Assembly: GCA_964016885.1 (NCBI GenBank)
Contig: OZ024755.1
Coordinates: 39,494,001-39,558,000, forward strand
Direction: 5' to 3'
DNA: 64,000 nt
Source: Eledone cirrhosa
Taxonomy: Eukaryota
Positions 40,853 through 59,900 of the stretch are shown piece after piece (positions within the stretch are counted from its first letter, which is position 1; the number at the start of each line of letters is the position of its first letter). The notes under the pieces were generated by a model that did no database searches, had not been told where the DNA came from, and saw nothing but the letters and a program-made list of their open reading frames with translations. Position numbers and translations under genes: made by a program.

Positions 40853-41984
40853 CATGTGACTACTGACATAAAATTTATTTTCTTGCTTCATTCAGTAATA
40901 CACTGTGTACAAAGGGAGGGGGTGAGTAGCAAACTCTATAGGACATAATTATATAGAGAAACTGACGAATGAATGAAGTTTCAACTAATATGCAAATGAT
41001 GTATAAATGTTTAGGAAATTAAAAACATTCTTTTTTTTTCAGAACGAAATGAATAAACTCATAGCCAAAACTGTGAATTAAGTTTAAACAAAAGCGAGAG
41101 AAAGTTGAGTCCCGACAAAGGATAACAAAGGATTGAATGGAGGCTGTGGAGTTGAATTAATTCCGTCATAAATTATAGATTGGAATGAAAACAAATACAT
41201 CTGCCTACATGTTTATTTTCTTTTGTCAAATTGTTGAAAATCACTTGTTTGGAATCAGTTTAATATATTCAAAAAATATAGTCCAAGAAAACGACTTTAT
41301 GAATATTTATCAGTAAAACCTCCCATGCAAAACCAATCATTAAAAATGGTGGTTGACCAAGATGAAAGTCGTCGACGAAATGTAAAATATAAATTTGCGG
41401 TGTTGATTTAAAGACTTCAATGTTGTATACATTGTTGTTATTATACCTAAATCGACTAGGAGATTTATTTGGCAGTCAGTAATAAATAATTTCAGTATTA
41501 TTGATTTGACTAAATAGATGTTTTTACGTCACTTCTGCCATAAACACGGACACTGCCACACTTAACACACAGAAGTGATGCATATCTAAATAAATGGATT
41601 TGGCCGACTACATTCTTTTACGTGCCGGTTACCGGTGAGGCCTTTATTATCATATTGCTCAATTGCTCCTTTGCTGAGCAAAAAAAAAAAAATGGAGGAC
41701 TGCATCTCGCCAGATGAAAGTATCTTGTTAGGGGAAATGGTTGATGCAGCGGGTATTGCTGGCTCTTTACCAGGGTATTGGTTTCACCATCTTGTCCACG
41801 GGACGCATCTGAGATATACCGCTAAGTCAGAGGAGTGGAGTCCACTCTTACCTATCCACTTCATTAAATCATTGTTTTCACTCCTCTCTTTTTTACAGTT
41901 TTCTTACTTATTATTCGAAATCACATTTTAAACCGCTTTTTTAAAATAATTTACCATTCTATCGAACGTTTGGCAAATATTTGA

Positions 41985-44900
41985 AACAAATATCAACACA
42001 GATACTTCATGACAGTAACAACTGACATAATGTAAAATATCAACACAGATACAATACGATTCTAACAACTGGCATACTGTAAAATATCAACACAGATACA
42101 ATACGACTGTAACAACTGACATACTGTAAAATATCAACACAGATACAATACGACTCTAACAACTGACATACTGTAAAATATCAACACAGATACAATACGT
42201 CTGTAACAACTGACATAATGTAAAATATCAACACAGATACAATACGACTGTAACAACTGACATAATGTAAAATATCAACACAGATACAATACGACTCTAA
42301 CAACTGACATACTGTAAAATATCAACATAGATACAATACGACTCTAACAACTGACATAATGTAAAATATCAACACAGATACAATACGACTGTAACAACTG
42401 ACATGCTGTAAAATATCAACACAGATACAATACGACTGTAACAACTGACATACTGTAAAATATCAACATAGATACAATACGACTGTAACAACTGACATAA
42501 TGTAAAATATCAACATAGATACAATACGACTGTAACAACTGACATACTGTAAAATATCAACATAGATACAATACGACTCTAACAACTGACATAATGTAAA
42601 ATATCAACACAGATACAATACGACTGTAACAACTGACATACTGTAAAATATCAACATAGATACAATACGACTCTAACAACTGACATAATGTAAAATATCA
42701 ACATAGATACAATACGACTGTAACCACTGACATACTGTAAAATATCAACATAGATACAATACGACTGTAACAAGTGACATAATGTAAAATATCAACATAG
42801 ATACAATACGACTGTAACAACTGACATAATGTAAAATATCAACATAGATACAATACGACTGTAACAACTGACATACTGTAAAATATCAACATAGATACAA
42901 TACGACTCTAACAACTGACATAATGTAAAATATCAACATAGATACAATACGACTGTAACAACTGACATACTGTAAAATATCAACATAGATACAATACGAC
43001 TGTAACAACTGAGATAATGTAAAATATCAACACAGATACAATACGACTGTAACAACTGACATACGGTAAAATATCAACATAGATACAATACGACTGTAAC
43101 AACTGACATACTGTAAAATATCAACACAGATACAATACGACTGTAACAACTGACATAATGTAAAATATCAACATAGATACAATACGACTGTAACAACTGA
43201 CATACTGTAAAATATCAACACAGATACAATACGACTGTAACAACTGACATAATGTAGAATATCAACACAGATACAATACGACTGTAACAACTGACATACT
43301 GTAAAATATCAACATAGATACAATACGACTGTAACAAATGACATAATGTAAAATATCAACACAGATACAATACGACTGTAACAACTGACATAATGTAAAA
43401 TATCAACATAGATACAATACGACTGTAACAACTGACATACTGTAAAATATCAACACAGATACAATACGACTGTAACAACTGACATAATGTAAAATATCAA
43501 CACAGATACAATACGACTGTAACAACTGACATAATGTAAAATATCAACATAGATACAATACGACTGTAACAACTGACATACTGTAAAATATCAACATAGA
43601 TACAATACGACTGTAACAACTGACATAATGTAAAATATCAACATAGATACAATACGACTGTAACAACTGACGTAATGTAAAATATCAACACAGATACAAT
43701 ACGACTGTAACAACTGACATAATGTAAAATATCAACACAGATACAATACGAATGTAACAACTGACATACTGTAAAATATCAACACAGATACAATACGACT
43801 GTAACAACTGACATACTATAGAATATCAACACAGATACAATACGACTGTAACAACTGACATAATGTAAAATATATACACAGATACAATACGACTGTAACA
43901 ACTGACATACTGTAAAATATCAACACAGATACAATACGACTGTAACAACTGACATAATGTAAAATATCAACACAGATACAATACGACTGTAACAGCTGAC
44001 ATAATGTAAAATATCAACATAGATACAATACGACTGTAACAACTGACATAATGTAAAATATCAACACAGATACAATACGGCTGTAACAGCTGACATAATG
44101 TAAAATATCAACATAGATACAATACGACTGTAACAACTGACATACTGTAAAATATCAACACAGATACAATACGACTGTAACAACTGACATACTGTAAAAT
44201 ATCAACATAGATACAATACGACTGTAACAACTGACATGATGTAAAATATCAACACAGATACAATACGACTGTAACAACTGACATACTGTAAAATATCAAC
44301 ACAGATACAATACGACTGTAACAACTGACATAATGTAAAATATCAACATAGATACAATACGACTGTAACAACTGACATAATGTAAAATATCAACATAGAT
44401 ACAATACGACTGTAACAACTGACATAATGTAAAATATCAACACAGATAAAATACGACTGTAACAACTGACATAATGTAAAATATAAACACAGATACAATA
44501 CGACTGTAACAACTGACATAATGTAAAATATCAACACAGATAAAATACGACTGTAACAACTGACATAATGTAAAATATCAACATAGATACAATACGACTG
44601 TAACAACTGACATAATGTAGAATATCAACATAGATACAATACGACTGTAACAACTGACATAATGTAGCATATCAACATAGATACAATACGACTGTAACAA
44701 CTGACATAATGTAGAATATCAACATAGATACAAAACGACCGTAACAACTGACATAATGTAAAATATCAACACAGATACAATACGACTGTAACAGCTGACA
44801 TAATGTAAAATATCAACATAGATACAATACGACTGTAACAACTGACATACTGTAAAATATCAACATAGATACAATACGACTCTAACAACTGACATACTGA

Positions 44901-47900
44901 AAAATATCAACACAGATACAATACGACTGTAACAACTGACATAATGTAAAATATCAACACAGATACAATACGACTGTAACAACTGACATAATGTAAAATA
45001 TCAACATAGATACAATACGACTGTAACAACTGACATAATGTAGAATATCAACATAGATACAATACGACTGTAACAACTGACATAATGTAGAATATCAACA
45101 TAGATACAATACGACTGTAACAACTGACATAATGTAGAATATCAACATAGATACAATACGACTGTAACAACTGACATACTGTAAAATATCAACATAGATA
45201 CAATACGACTGTAACAACTGACATAATGTAGAATATCAACACAGATACAATACGACTGTAACAACTGACATAATGTAGAATATCAACACAGATACAATAC
45301 GACTGTAACAACTGACATACTGTAAAATATCAACATAGATACAATACGACTGTAACAACTGACATAATGTAAAATATCAACATAGTTTACAATACGACTG
45401 TAACAACTGACATAATGTAGAATATCAACACAGATACAATACGACTGTAACAACTGACATAATGTAAAATATCAACACAGATACAATACGACTGTAACAA
45501 CTGACATACTGTAAAATATCAACACAGATACAATACGACTGTAACAACTGACATACTGTAACATATCAACATAGATACAATACGACTGCAACAACTGACA
45601 TACTGTAAAATAGCAACACAGATACAATACGACTGTAACAACTGACATACTGTAAAATATCAACCTAGATACAATACGACTCTAACAACTGACATACTGT
45701 AAAATATCAACACAGATACAATACGACTGTAACAACTGACATAATGTAAAATATCAACATAGATACAATACGACTGTAACAACTGACATACTGTAAAATA
45801 TCAACACAGATACAATACGACTGTAACAACTGACATAATGTAAAATATCAACACAGATACAATACGACTGTAACAACTGACATAATGTAAAATATCAACA
45901 TAGATACAATACGACTGTAACAACTGACATACTGTGAAATATCAACACAGATACAATACGACTGTAACAACTGACATAATGTAAAATATCAACACAGATA
46001 CAATACGACTGTAACAACTGACATAATGTAAAATATCAACATAGATACAATACGACTGTAACAACTGACATACTGTAAAATATCAACATAGATACAATAC
46101 GACTGTAACAACTGACATAATGTAAAATATCAACATAGATACAATACGACTGTAACAACTAACGTAATGTAAAATATCAACACAGATACAATACGACTGT
46201 AACAACTGACATAATGTAAAATATCAACACAGATACAATACGAATGTAACAACTGACATACTGTAAAATATCAACACAGATACAATACGACTGTAACAAC
46301 TGACATAATGTAAAATATATACACAGATACAATACGACTGTAACAACTGACATACTGTAAAATATCAACACAGATACAATACGACTGTAACAACTGACAT
46401 AATGTAAAATATCAACACAGATACAATACGACTGTAACAGCTGACATAATGTAAAATATCAACATAGATACAATACGACTGTAACAACTGACATAATGTA
46501 AAATATCAACACAGATACAATACGGCTGTAACAGCTGACATAATGTAAAATATCAACATAGATACAATACGACTGTAACAACTGACATACTGTAAAATAT
46601 CAACACAGATACAATACGACTGTAACAACTGACATACTGTAAAATATCAACATAGATACAATACGACTGTAACAACTGACATGATGTAAAATATCAACAC
46701 AGATACAATACGACTGTAACAACTGACATACTGTAAAATATCAACACAGATACAATACGACTGTAACAACTGACATAATGTAAAATATCAACATAGATAC
46801 AATACGACTGTAACAACTGACATAATGTAAAATATCAACATAGATACAATACGACTGTAACAACTGACATAATGTAAAATATCAACACAGATAAAATACG
46901 ACTGTAACAACTGACATAATGTAAAATATAAACACAGATACAATACGACTGTAACAACTGACATAATGTAAAATATCAACACAGATAAAATACGACTGTA
47001 ACAACTGACATAATGTAAAATATCAACATAGATACAATACGACTGTAACAACTGACATAATGTAGAATATCAACATAGATACAATACGACTGTAACAACT
47101 GACATACTGTAAAATATCAACATAGATACAATACGACTCTAACAACTGACATACTGAAAAATATCAACACAGATACAATACGACTGTAACAACTGACATA
47201 CTGTAAAATATCAACATAGATACAATACGACTGTAACAACTGACATAATGTAAAATATCAACACAGATACAATACGACTGTAACAACTGACATAATGTAA
47301 AATATCAACATAGATACAATACGACTGTAACAACTGACATAATGTAGAATATCAACATAGATACAATACGACTGTAACAACTGACATAACGTAGAATATC
47401 AACATAGATACAATACGACTGTAACAACTGACATAATGTAGAATATCAACATAGATACAATACGACTGTAACAACTGACATACTGTAAAATATCAACATA
47501 GATACAATACGACTGTAACAACTGACATAATGTAGAATATCAACACAGATACAATACGACTGTAACAACTGACATAATGTAGAATATCAACACAGATACA
47601 ATACGACTGTAACAACTGACATACTGTAAAATATCAACATAGATACAATACGACTGTAACAACTGACATAATGTAAAATATCAACATAGTTTACAATACG
47701 ACTGTAACAACTGACATAATGTAGAATATCAACACAGATACAATACGACTGTAACAACTGACATAATGTAAAATATCAACACAGATACAATACGACTGTA
47801 ACAACTGACATACTGTAAAATATCAACACAGATACAATACGACTGTAACAACTGACATACTGTAACATATCAACATAGATACAATACGACTGTAACAACT

Positions 47901-50900
47901 GACATACTGTAAAATAGCAACACAGATACAATACGACTGTAACAACTGACATACTGTAAAATATCAACCTAGATACAATACGACTCTAACAACTGACATA
48001 CTGTAAAATATCAACACAGATACAATACGACTGTAACAACTGACATAATGTAAAATATCAACATAGATACAATACGACTGTAACAACTGACATACTGTAA
48101 AATATCAACACAGATACAATACGACTGTAACAACTGACATAATGTAAAATATCAACACAGATACAATACGACTGTAACAACTGACATAATGTAAAATATC
48201 AACATAGATACAATACGACTGTAACAACTGACATACTGTAAAATATCAACACAGATACAATACGACTGTAACAACTGAGATAATGTAAAATATCAACACA
48301 GATACAATACGAATGTAACAACTGACATACTGTAAAATATCAACACAGATACAATACGACTGTAACAACTGAGATAATGTAAAATATCAACACAGATACA
48401 ATACGACTGTAACAACTGACATAATGTAAAATATCAACATAGATACAATACGACTGTAACAACTGACATACTGTAAAATATCAACACAGATACAATACGA
48501 CTGTAACAACTGACATAATGTAAAATATCAACACAGATACAATACGACTGTAACAGCTGACATAATGTAAAATATCAACATAGATACAATACGACTGTAA
48601 CAACTGACATAATGTAAAATATCAACACAGATACAATACGACTGTAACAGCTGACATAATGTAAAATATCAACATAGATACAATACGACTGTAACAACTG
48701 ACATACTGTAAAATATCAACTTAGATACAATACGACTGTAACAACTGACATACTGTAAAATATCAACACAGATACAATATGACTGTAACAACTGACATAC
48801 TGTAAAATATCAACACAGATACAATACGACTGTAACAACTGACATACTGTAAAATATCAACATAGATACAATACGACTGTAACAACTGACATGATGTAAA
48901 CTATCAACACAGATACAATACGACTGTAACAACTGACATACTGTAAAATATCAACACAGATACAATACGACTGTAACAACTGACATAATGTAGAATATCA
49001 ACACAGATAAAATACGACTGTAACAACTGACATAATGTAAAATATCAACATAGATACAATACGACTGTAACAATGACATACTGTAAAATATCAACTTAGA
49101 TACAATACGACTGTAACAACTGACATAATGTAAAATATCAACACAGATACAATACGACTGTAACAGCTGACATAATGTAAAATATCAACATAGATACAAT
49201 ACGACTGTAACAACTGACATACTGTAAAATATCAACACAGATACAATACGACTGTAACAACTGACATACTGTAAAATATCAACACAGATACAATACGACT
49301 GTAACAACTGACATAATGTAGAATATCAACACAGATACAATACGACTGTAACAACTGACATAATGTAAAATATCAACATAGATACAATACGACTGTAACA
49401 ACTGACATAATGTAGAATATCAACATAGATACAATACGACTGTAATAACTGACATACTGTAAAATATCAACATAGATACAATACGACTGTAACAACTGAC
49501 ATAATGTAGAATATCAACACAGATACAATACGACTGTAACAACTGACATAATGTAGAATATCAACATAGATACAATACGACTGTAACAACTGACATAATG
49601 TAGAATATCAACATAGATACAATACGACTGTAACAACTGACATACTGTAAAATATCAACATATATACAATACGACTGTAACAACTGACATACTGTAGAAT
49701 ATCAACACAGATACAATACGACTGTAACAACTGACATAATGTAGAATATCAACACAGATACAATACGACTGTAACAACTGACATACTGTAAAATATCAAC
49801 ATAGATACAATACGACTGTAACAACTGACATAATGTAAAATATCAACATAGTTTACAATACGACTGTAACAACTGACATAATGTAGAATATCAACACAGA
49901 TACAATACGACTGTAACAACTGACATAATGTAAAATATCAACACAGATACAATACGACTGTAACAACTGACATACTGTAAAATATCAACACAGATACAAT
50001 ACGACTGTAACAACTGACATACTGTAACATATCAACATAGATACAATACGACTGTAACAACTGACATACTGTAAAATAGCAACACAGATACAATACGACT
50101 GTAACAACTGACATACTGTAAAATATCAACCTAGATACAATACGACTCTAACAACTGACATACTGTAAAATATCAACACAGATACAATACGACTGTAACA
50201 ACTGACATAATGTAAAATATCAACATAGATACAATACGACTGTAACAACTGACATACTGTAAAATATCAACACAGATACAATACGACTGTAACAACTGAC
50301 ATAATGTAAAATATCAACACAGATACAATACGACTGTAACAACTGACATAATGTAAAATATCAACATAGATACAATACGACTGTAACAACTGACATACTG
50401 TAAAATATCAACACAGATACAATACGACTGTAACAACTGAGATAATGTACAATATCAACACAGATACAATACGAATGTAACAACTGACATACTGTAAAAT
50501 ATCAACACAGATACAATACGACTGTAACAACTGACATAATGTAGAATATCAACACAGATACAATACGACTGTAACAACTGACATAATGTAAAATATCAAC
50601 ACAGATACAATACGACTGTAACAACTGACATACTGTAAAATATCAACACAGATACAATACGACTGTAACAACTGACATAATGTAAAATATCAACACAGAT
50701 ACAATACGACTGTAACAGCTGACATAATGAAAAATATCAACATAGATACAATACGACTGTAACAACTGACATAATGTAAAATATCAACACAGATACAATA
50801 CGACTGTAACAACTGACATACTGTAAAATATCAACACAGATACAATACGACTGTAACAACTGACATACTGTAAAATATCAACATAGATACAATACGACTG

Positions 50901-53900
50901 TAACAACTGACATGATGTAAAATATCAACACAGATACAATACGACTGTAACAACTGACATACTGTAAAATATCAACACAGATACAATACGACTGTAACAA
51001 CTGACATAATGTAGAATATCAACACAGATAAAATACGACTGTAACAACTGACATAATGTAAAATATCAACATAGATACAATACGACTGTAACAATGACAT
51101 ACTGTAAAATATCAACTTAGATACAATACGACTGTAACAACTGACATAATGTAAAATATCAACACAGATACAATACGACTGTAACAGCTGACATAATGTA
51201 AAATATCAACATAGATACAATACGACTGTAACAACTGACATACTGTAAAATATCAACACAGATACAATACGACTGTAACAACTGACATACTGTAAAATAT
51301 CAACACAGATACAATACGACTGTAACAACTGACATAATGTAGAATATCAACACAGATACAATACGACTGTAACAACTGACATAATGTAAAATATCAACAT
51401 AGATACAATACGACTGTAACAACTGACATAATGTAGAATATCAACATAGATACAATACGACTGTAATAACTGACATACTGTAAAATATCAACATAGATAC
51501 AATACGACTGTAACAACTGACATACTGTAAAATATCAACATAGATACAATATGACTGTAACAACTGACATAATGTAAAATATCAACATAGATTACAATAC
51601 GACTGTAACAAATTACATAATGTAGAATATCAACACAGATACAATACGACTGTAACAACTGACATAATGTAAAATATCAACACAGATACAATACGACTGT
51701 AACAACTGACATACTGTAAAATATCAACACAGATACAATACGACTGTAACAACTGACATACTGTAAAATATCAACATAGATACAATACGACTGTAACAAC
51801 TGACATACTGTAAAATAGCAACACAGATACAATACGACTGTAACAACTGACATACTGTAAAATATCAACATAGATACAATACGACTCTAACAACTGACAT
51901 ACTGTAAAATATCAACACAGATACAATACGACTGTAACAACTGACATAATGTAAAATATCAACATAGATACAATACGACTGTAACAACTGACATACTGTA
52001 AAATATCAACACAAATACAATACGACTGTAACAACTGACATAATGTAAAATATCAACACAGATACAATACGACTGTAACAACTGACATAATGTAAAATAT
52101 CAACATAGATACAATACGACTGTAACAACTGACATAATGTAGAATATCAACACAGATACAATACGACTGTAACAACTGACATAATGTAGAATATCAACAC
52201 AGATACAATATGACTGTAACAACAGACATAATGTAGAATATCAACACAGATACAATACGACTCTAACAATGACATACTGTAAAATATCAACATAGATACA
52301 ATACGACTGTAACAACTGACATAATGTAAAATATCAACATAGATACAATACGACTCTAACAACTGACATACTGTAAAATATCAACACAGATACTTCATGA
52401 CTGTAACAACTGACATAATGTCAAATATCAACATAGATACAATACGACTGTAACAACTGACATAATGTAGAATATCAACACAGATACTTCATGACTGTAA
52501 CAACTGACATACTGTAAAATATCAACACAGATACAATACGACTGTAACAACTGACATAATGTAGAATATCAACATAGATACAATACGACTGTAACAACTG
52601 ACATAATGTAAAATATCAACACAGATACTTCATGACTGTAACAACTGACATAATGTAAAATATCAACATAGATACAATACGACTGTAACAACTGACATAC
52701 TGTAAAATATCAACACAGATACAATACGACTGTAACAACTGACATACTGTAAAATATCAACACAGATACAATACGACTGTAACAACTGACATAATGTAAA
52801 ATATCAACACAGATACTTCATGACTGTAACAACTGACATAATGTAAAATATCAACATAGATACAATACGACTGTAACAACTGACATACTGTAAAATATCA
52901 ACACAGATACAATACGACTGTAACAACTGACATACTGTAAAATATCAACACAGATACAATACGACTGTACCAACTGACATAATGTAGAATATCAACATAG
53001 ATACAATACGACTGTAACAACTGACATAATGTAGAATATCAACACAGATACAATACGACTGTAACAACTGACATAATGTAAAATATCAACATAGATACAA
53101 TACGACTGTAACAACTGACATAATGTAGAATACCAACATAGATACAATACGACTCTAACAATGACATACTGTAAAATATCAACATAGATACAATACGACT
53201 GTAACAACTGACATAATGTAAAATATCAACATAGATACAATACGACTGTAACAACTGACATAATGTAGAATATCAACATAGATACAATACGACTGTAACA
53301 ACTGACATAATGTAAAATATCAACATAGATACAATACGACTGTAACAACTGACATACTGTAAAATATCAACATAGATACAATACGACTCTAACAATGACA
53401 TACTGTAAAATATCAACATAGATACAATACGACTGTAACAACTGACATACTGTAAAATATCAACACAGATACAATACGACTGTAACAACTGACATACTGT
53501 AAAATATCAACACAGATACAATACGACTGTAACAACTGACATAATGTAGAATATCAACATAGATACAATACGACTGTAACAACTGACATACTGTAAAATA
53601 TCAACATAGATACAATACGACTGTAACAACTGACATAATGTAGAATATCAACACAGATACAATACGACTGTAACAACTGACATAATGTAGAATATCAACA
53701 CAGATACAATACGACTGTAACAACTGACATAATGTAAAAAATTCAACATAGATACAATACGACTCTAACAACTGACATAATGTAAAATAACAACATAGAT
53801 ACAATACGACTGTAACAACTGAGATAATGTAAAATATCAACATAGATACAATACGACTGTAACAACTGACATAATGTAGAATATCAACACAGATACAATA

Positions 53901-56900
53901 CGACTGTAACAACTGACATAATGTAGAATATCAACACAGATACAATATGACTGTAACAACAGACATAATGTAGAATATCAACACAGATACAATACGACTC
54001 TAACAATGACATACTGTAAAATATCAACATAGATACAATACGACTGTAACAACTGACATAATGTAAAATATCAACATAGATACAATACGACTCTAACAAC
54101 TGACATACTGTAAAATATCAACACAGATACTTCATGACTGTAACAACTGACATAATGTCAAATATCAACATAGATACAATACGACTGTAACAACTGACAT
54201 AATGTAGAATATCAACACAGATACAATACGACTGTAACAACTGACATAATGTAGAATATCAACACAGATACAATACGACTGTAACAACTGACATAATGTA
54301 AAAAATTCAACATAGATACAATACGACTCTAACAACTGACATAATGTAAAATAACAACATAGATACAATACGACTGTAACAACTGAGATAATGTAAAATA
54401 TCAACACAGATACAATACGACTGTAACAACTGACATACTGTAAAATATCAACACAGATACAATACGACTGTAACAACTGACATACTGTAAAATATCAACA
54501 TAGATACAATACGACTGTAACAACTGACATACTGTAAAATATCAACACAGATACAATACGACTGTAACAACTGACATAATGTAAAATATCAACATAGATA
54601 CAATACGACTGTAACAACTGACATACTGTAAAATATCAACACAGATACAATACGACTGTAACAACTGACATACTGTAAAATATCAACATAGATACAATAC
54701 GACTGTAACAACTGACATACTGTAAAATAGCAACACAGATACAATACGACTGTAACAACTGACATACTGTAAAATATCAACATAGATACAATACGACTGT
54801 AACAACTGACATACTGTAAAATATCAACACAGATACAATACGACTGTAACAACTGACATAATGTAAAATATCAACACAGATACAATACGACTGTAACAAC
54901 TGACATAATGTAAAATATCAACATAGATACAATACGACTGTAACAACTGACATACTGTAAAATATCAACATAGATACAATACGACTGTAACAACTGACAT
55001 AATGTAAAATATCAACATAGATACAATACGACTGTAACAACTGACGTAATGTAAAATATCAACACAGATACAATACGACTGTAACAACTGACATAATGTA
55101 AAATATCAACACAGATACAATACGAATGTAACAACTGACATACTGTAAAATATCAACACAGATACAATACGACTGTAACAACTGACATACTGTAGAATAT
55201 CAACACAGATACAATACGACTGTAACAACTGACATAATGTAGAATATCAACACAGATACAATACGACTGTAACAACTGACATAATGTAAAATATCAACAT
55301 AGATACAATACGACTGTAACAACTGACATAATGTAGAATACCAACATATATACAATACGACTCTAACAATGACATACTGTAAAATATCAACATAGATACA
55401 ATACGACTGTAACAACTGACATAATGTAAAATATCAACATAGATACAATACGACTGTAACAACTGACATAATGTAGAATATCAACATAGATACAATACGA
55501 CTGTAACAACTGACATAATGTAAAATATCAACATAGATACAATACGACTGTAACAACTGACATACTGTAAAATATCAACATAGATACAATACGACTCTAA
55601 CAATGACATACTGTAAAATATCAACATAGATACAATACGACTGTAACAACTGACATACTGTAAAATATCAACACAGATACAATACGACTGTAACAACTGA
55701 CATACTGTAAAATATCAACACAGATACAATACGACTGTAACAACTGACATAATGTAGAATATCAACATAGATACAATACGACTGTAACAACTGACATACT
55801 GTAAAATATCAACATAGATACAATACGACTGTAACAACTGACAAAATGTAGAATATCAACACAGATACAATACGACTGTAACAACAGACATAATGTAGAA
55901 TATCAACACAGATACAGTACGACTGTAACAACTGACATAACGTAAAATATCAACATAGATACAATACGACTGTAACAACTGACATAATGTAAAATATCAA
56001 CATAGATACCACACGACTCTAACAACTGACATAATGTAAAATATCAACATAGATACAATACGACTGTAACAACTGACATACTGTAAAATATCAACATAGA
56101 TACAATACGACTGTAACAACTGAGATAATGTAAACTATCAACACAGATACAATACGACTGTAACAACTGACATACTGTAAAATATCAACATAGATACAAT
56201 ACGACTGTAACAACTGACATACTGTAAAATATCAACACAGATACAATACGACTGTAACAACTGACATAATGTAAAATATCAACATAGATACAATACGACT
56301 GTAACAACTGACATACTGTAAAATATCAACACAGATACAATACGACTGTAACAACTGACATAATGTAGAATATCAACACAGATACAATACGACTGTAACA
56401 ACTGACATACTGTAAAATATCAACATAGATACAATACGACTGTAACAACTGACATACTGTAAAATAGCAACACAGATACAATACGACTGTAACAACTGAC
56501 ATACTGTAAAATATCAACATAGATACAATACGACTGTAACAACTGACATACTGTAAAATATCAACACAGATACAATACGACTGTAACAACTGACATAATG
56601 TAAAATATCAACACAGATACAATACGACTGTAACAACTGAAATAATGTAAAATATCAACATAGATACAATACGACTGTAACAACTGACATACTGTAAAAT
56701 ATCAACATAGATACAATACGACTGTAACAACTGACATAATGTAAAATATCAACATAGATACAATACGACTGTAACAACTGACGTAATGTAAAATATCAAC
56801 ACAGATACAATACGACTGTAACAACTGACGTAATGTAAAATATCAACACAGATACAATACGACTGTAACAACTGACATAATGTAAAATATCAACACAGAT

Positions 56901-59900
56901 ACAATACGAATGTAACAACTGACATACTGTAAAATATCAACACAGATACAATACGACTGTAACAACTGACATACTGTAGAATATCAACACAGATACAATA
57001 CGACTGTAACAACTGACATAATGTAAAATATCAACACAGATACAATACGACTGTAACAACTGACATACTGTAAAATATCAACACAGATACAATACGACTG
57101 TAACAACTGACATAATGTAAAATATCAACACAGATACAATACGACTGTAACAGCTGACATAATGTAAAATATCAACATAGATACAATACGACTGTAACAA
57201 CTGACATAATGTAAAATATCAACACAGATACAATACGACTGTAACAGCTGACATAATGTAAAATATCAACATAGATACAATACGACTGTAACAACTGACA
57301 TACTGTAAAATATCAACATAGATACAATACGACTCTAACAACTGACATAATGTAGAATATCAACACAGATACAATACGACTGTATCAACTGACATACTGT
57401 AAAATATCAACACAGATACAATACGACTGTAACAACTGACATACTGTAAAATATCAACACAGATACAATACGACTGTAACAACTGACATACTGTAAAATA
57501 TCAACATAGATACAATACGACTGTAACAACTGACATGATGTAAAATATCAACGCAGATACAATACGACTGTAACAACTGACATACTGTAAAATATCAACA
57601 CAGATACAATACGACTGTAACAACTGACATACTGTAGAATATCAACACAGATACAATACGACTGTAACAACTGACATAATGTAGAATATCAACACAGATA
57701 CAATACGACTGTAACAACTGACATAATGTAAAATATCAACATAGATACAATACGACTGTAACAACTGACATAATGTAGAATACCAACATATATACAATAC
57801 GACTCTAACAATGACATACTGTAAAATATCAACATAGATACAATACGACTGTAACAACTGACATAATGTAAAATATCAACATAGATACAATACGACTGTA
57901 ACAACTGACATAATGTAGAATATCAACATAGATACAATACGACTGTAACAACTGACATAATGTAAAATATCAACATAGATACAATACGACTGTAACAACT
58001 GACATACTGTAAAATATCAACATAGATACAATACGACTCTAACAATGACATACTGTAAAATATCAACATAGATACAATACGACTGTAACAACTGACATAC
58101 TGTAAAATATCAACACAGATACAATACGACTGTAACAACTGACATACTGTAAAATATCAACACAGATACAATACGACTGTAACAACTGACATAATGTAGA
58201 ATATCAACATAGATACAATACGACTGTAACAACTGACATACTGTAAAATATCAACATAGATACAATACGACTGTAACAACTGACAAAATGTAGAATATCA
58301 ACACAGATACAATACGACTGTAACAACTGACATAATGTAGAATATCAACACAGATACAGTACGACTGTAACAACTGACATAACGTAAAATATCAACATAG
58401 ATACAATACGACTGTAACAACTGACATAATGTAAAATATCAACATAGATACCACACGACTCTAACAACTGACATAATGTAAAATATCAACATAGATACAA
58501 TACGACTGTAACAACTGACATACTGTAAAATATCAACATAGATACAATACGACTGTAACAACTGAGATAATGTAAACTATCAACACAGATACAATACGAC
58601 TGTAACAACTGACATACTGTAAAATATCAACATAGATACAATACGACTGTAACAACTGACATACTGTAAAATATCAACACAGATACAATACGACTGTAAC
58701 AACTGACATAATGTAAAATATCAACATAAATACAATACGACTGTAACAACTGACATACTGTAAAATATAAACACAGATACAATACGACTGTAACAACTGA
58801 CATAATGTAGAATATCAACACAGATACAATACGACTGTAACAACTGACATACTGTAAAATATCAACATAGATACAATACGACTGTAACAACTGACATACT
58901 GTAAAATAGCAACACAGATACAATACGACTGTAACAACTGACATACTGTAAAATATCAACATAGATACAATACGACTGTAACAACTGACATACTGTAAAA
59001 TATCAACACAGATACAATACGACTGTAACAACTGACATAATGTAAAATATCAACACAGATACAATACGACTGTAACAACTGAAATAATGTAAAATATCAA
59101 CATAGATACAATACGACTGTAACAACTGACATACTGTAAAATATCAACATAGATACAATACGACTGTAACAACTGACATAATGTAAAATATCAACATAGA
59201 TACAATACGACTGTAACAACTGACGTAATGTAAAATATCAACACAGATACAATACGACTGTAACAACTGACGTAATGTAAAATATCAACACAGATACAAT
59301 ACGACTGTAACAACTGACATAATGTAAAATATCAACACAGATACAATACGAATGTAACAACTGACATACTGTAAAATATCAACACAGATACAATACGACT
59401 GTAACAACTGACATACTGTAGAATATCAACACAGATACAATACGACTGTAACAACTGACATAATGTAAAATATCAACACAGATACAATACGACTGTAACA
59501 ACTGACATACTGTAAAATATCAACACAGATACAATACGACTGTAACAACTGACATAATGTAAAATATCAACACAGATACAATACGACTGTAACAGCTGAC
59601 ATAATGTAAAATATCAACATAGATACAATACGACTGTAACAACTGACATAATGTAAAATATCAACACAGATACAATACGACTGTAACAGCTGACATAATG
59701 TAAAATATCAACATAGATACAATACGACTGTAACAACTGACATACTGTAAAATATCAACATAGATACAATACGACTCTAACAACTGACATAATGTAGAAT
59801 ATCAACACAGATACAATACGACTGTATCAACTGACATACTGTAAAATATCAACACAGATACAATACGACTGTAACAACTGACATACTGTAAAATATCAAC

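Noticed and set aside
41635-41931. 98-aa ORF as a host exon
   Set aside because: No recognisable domain, contains an A13 run, and no supporting splice structure was seen.
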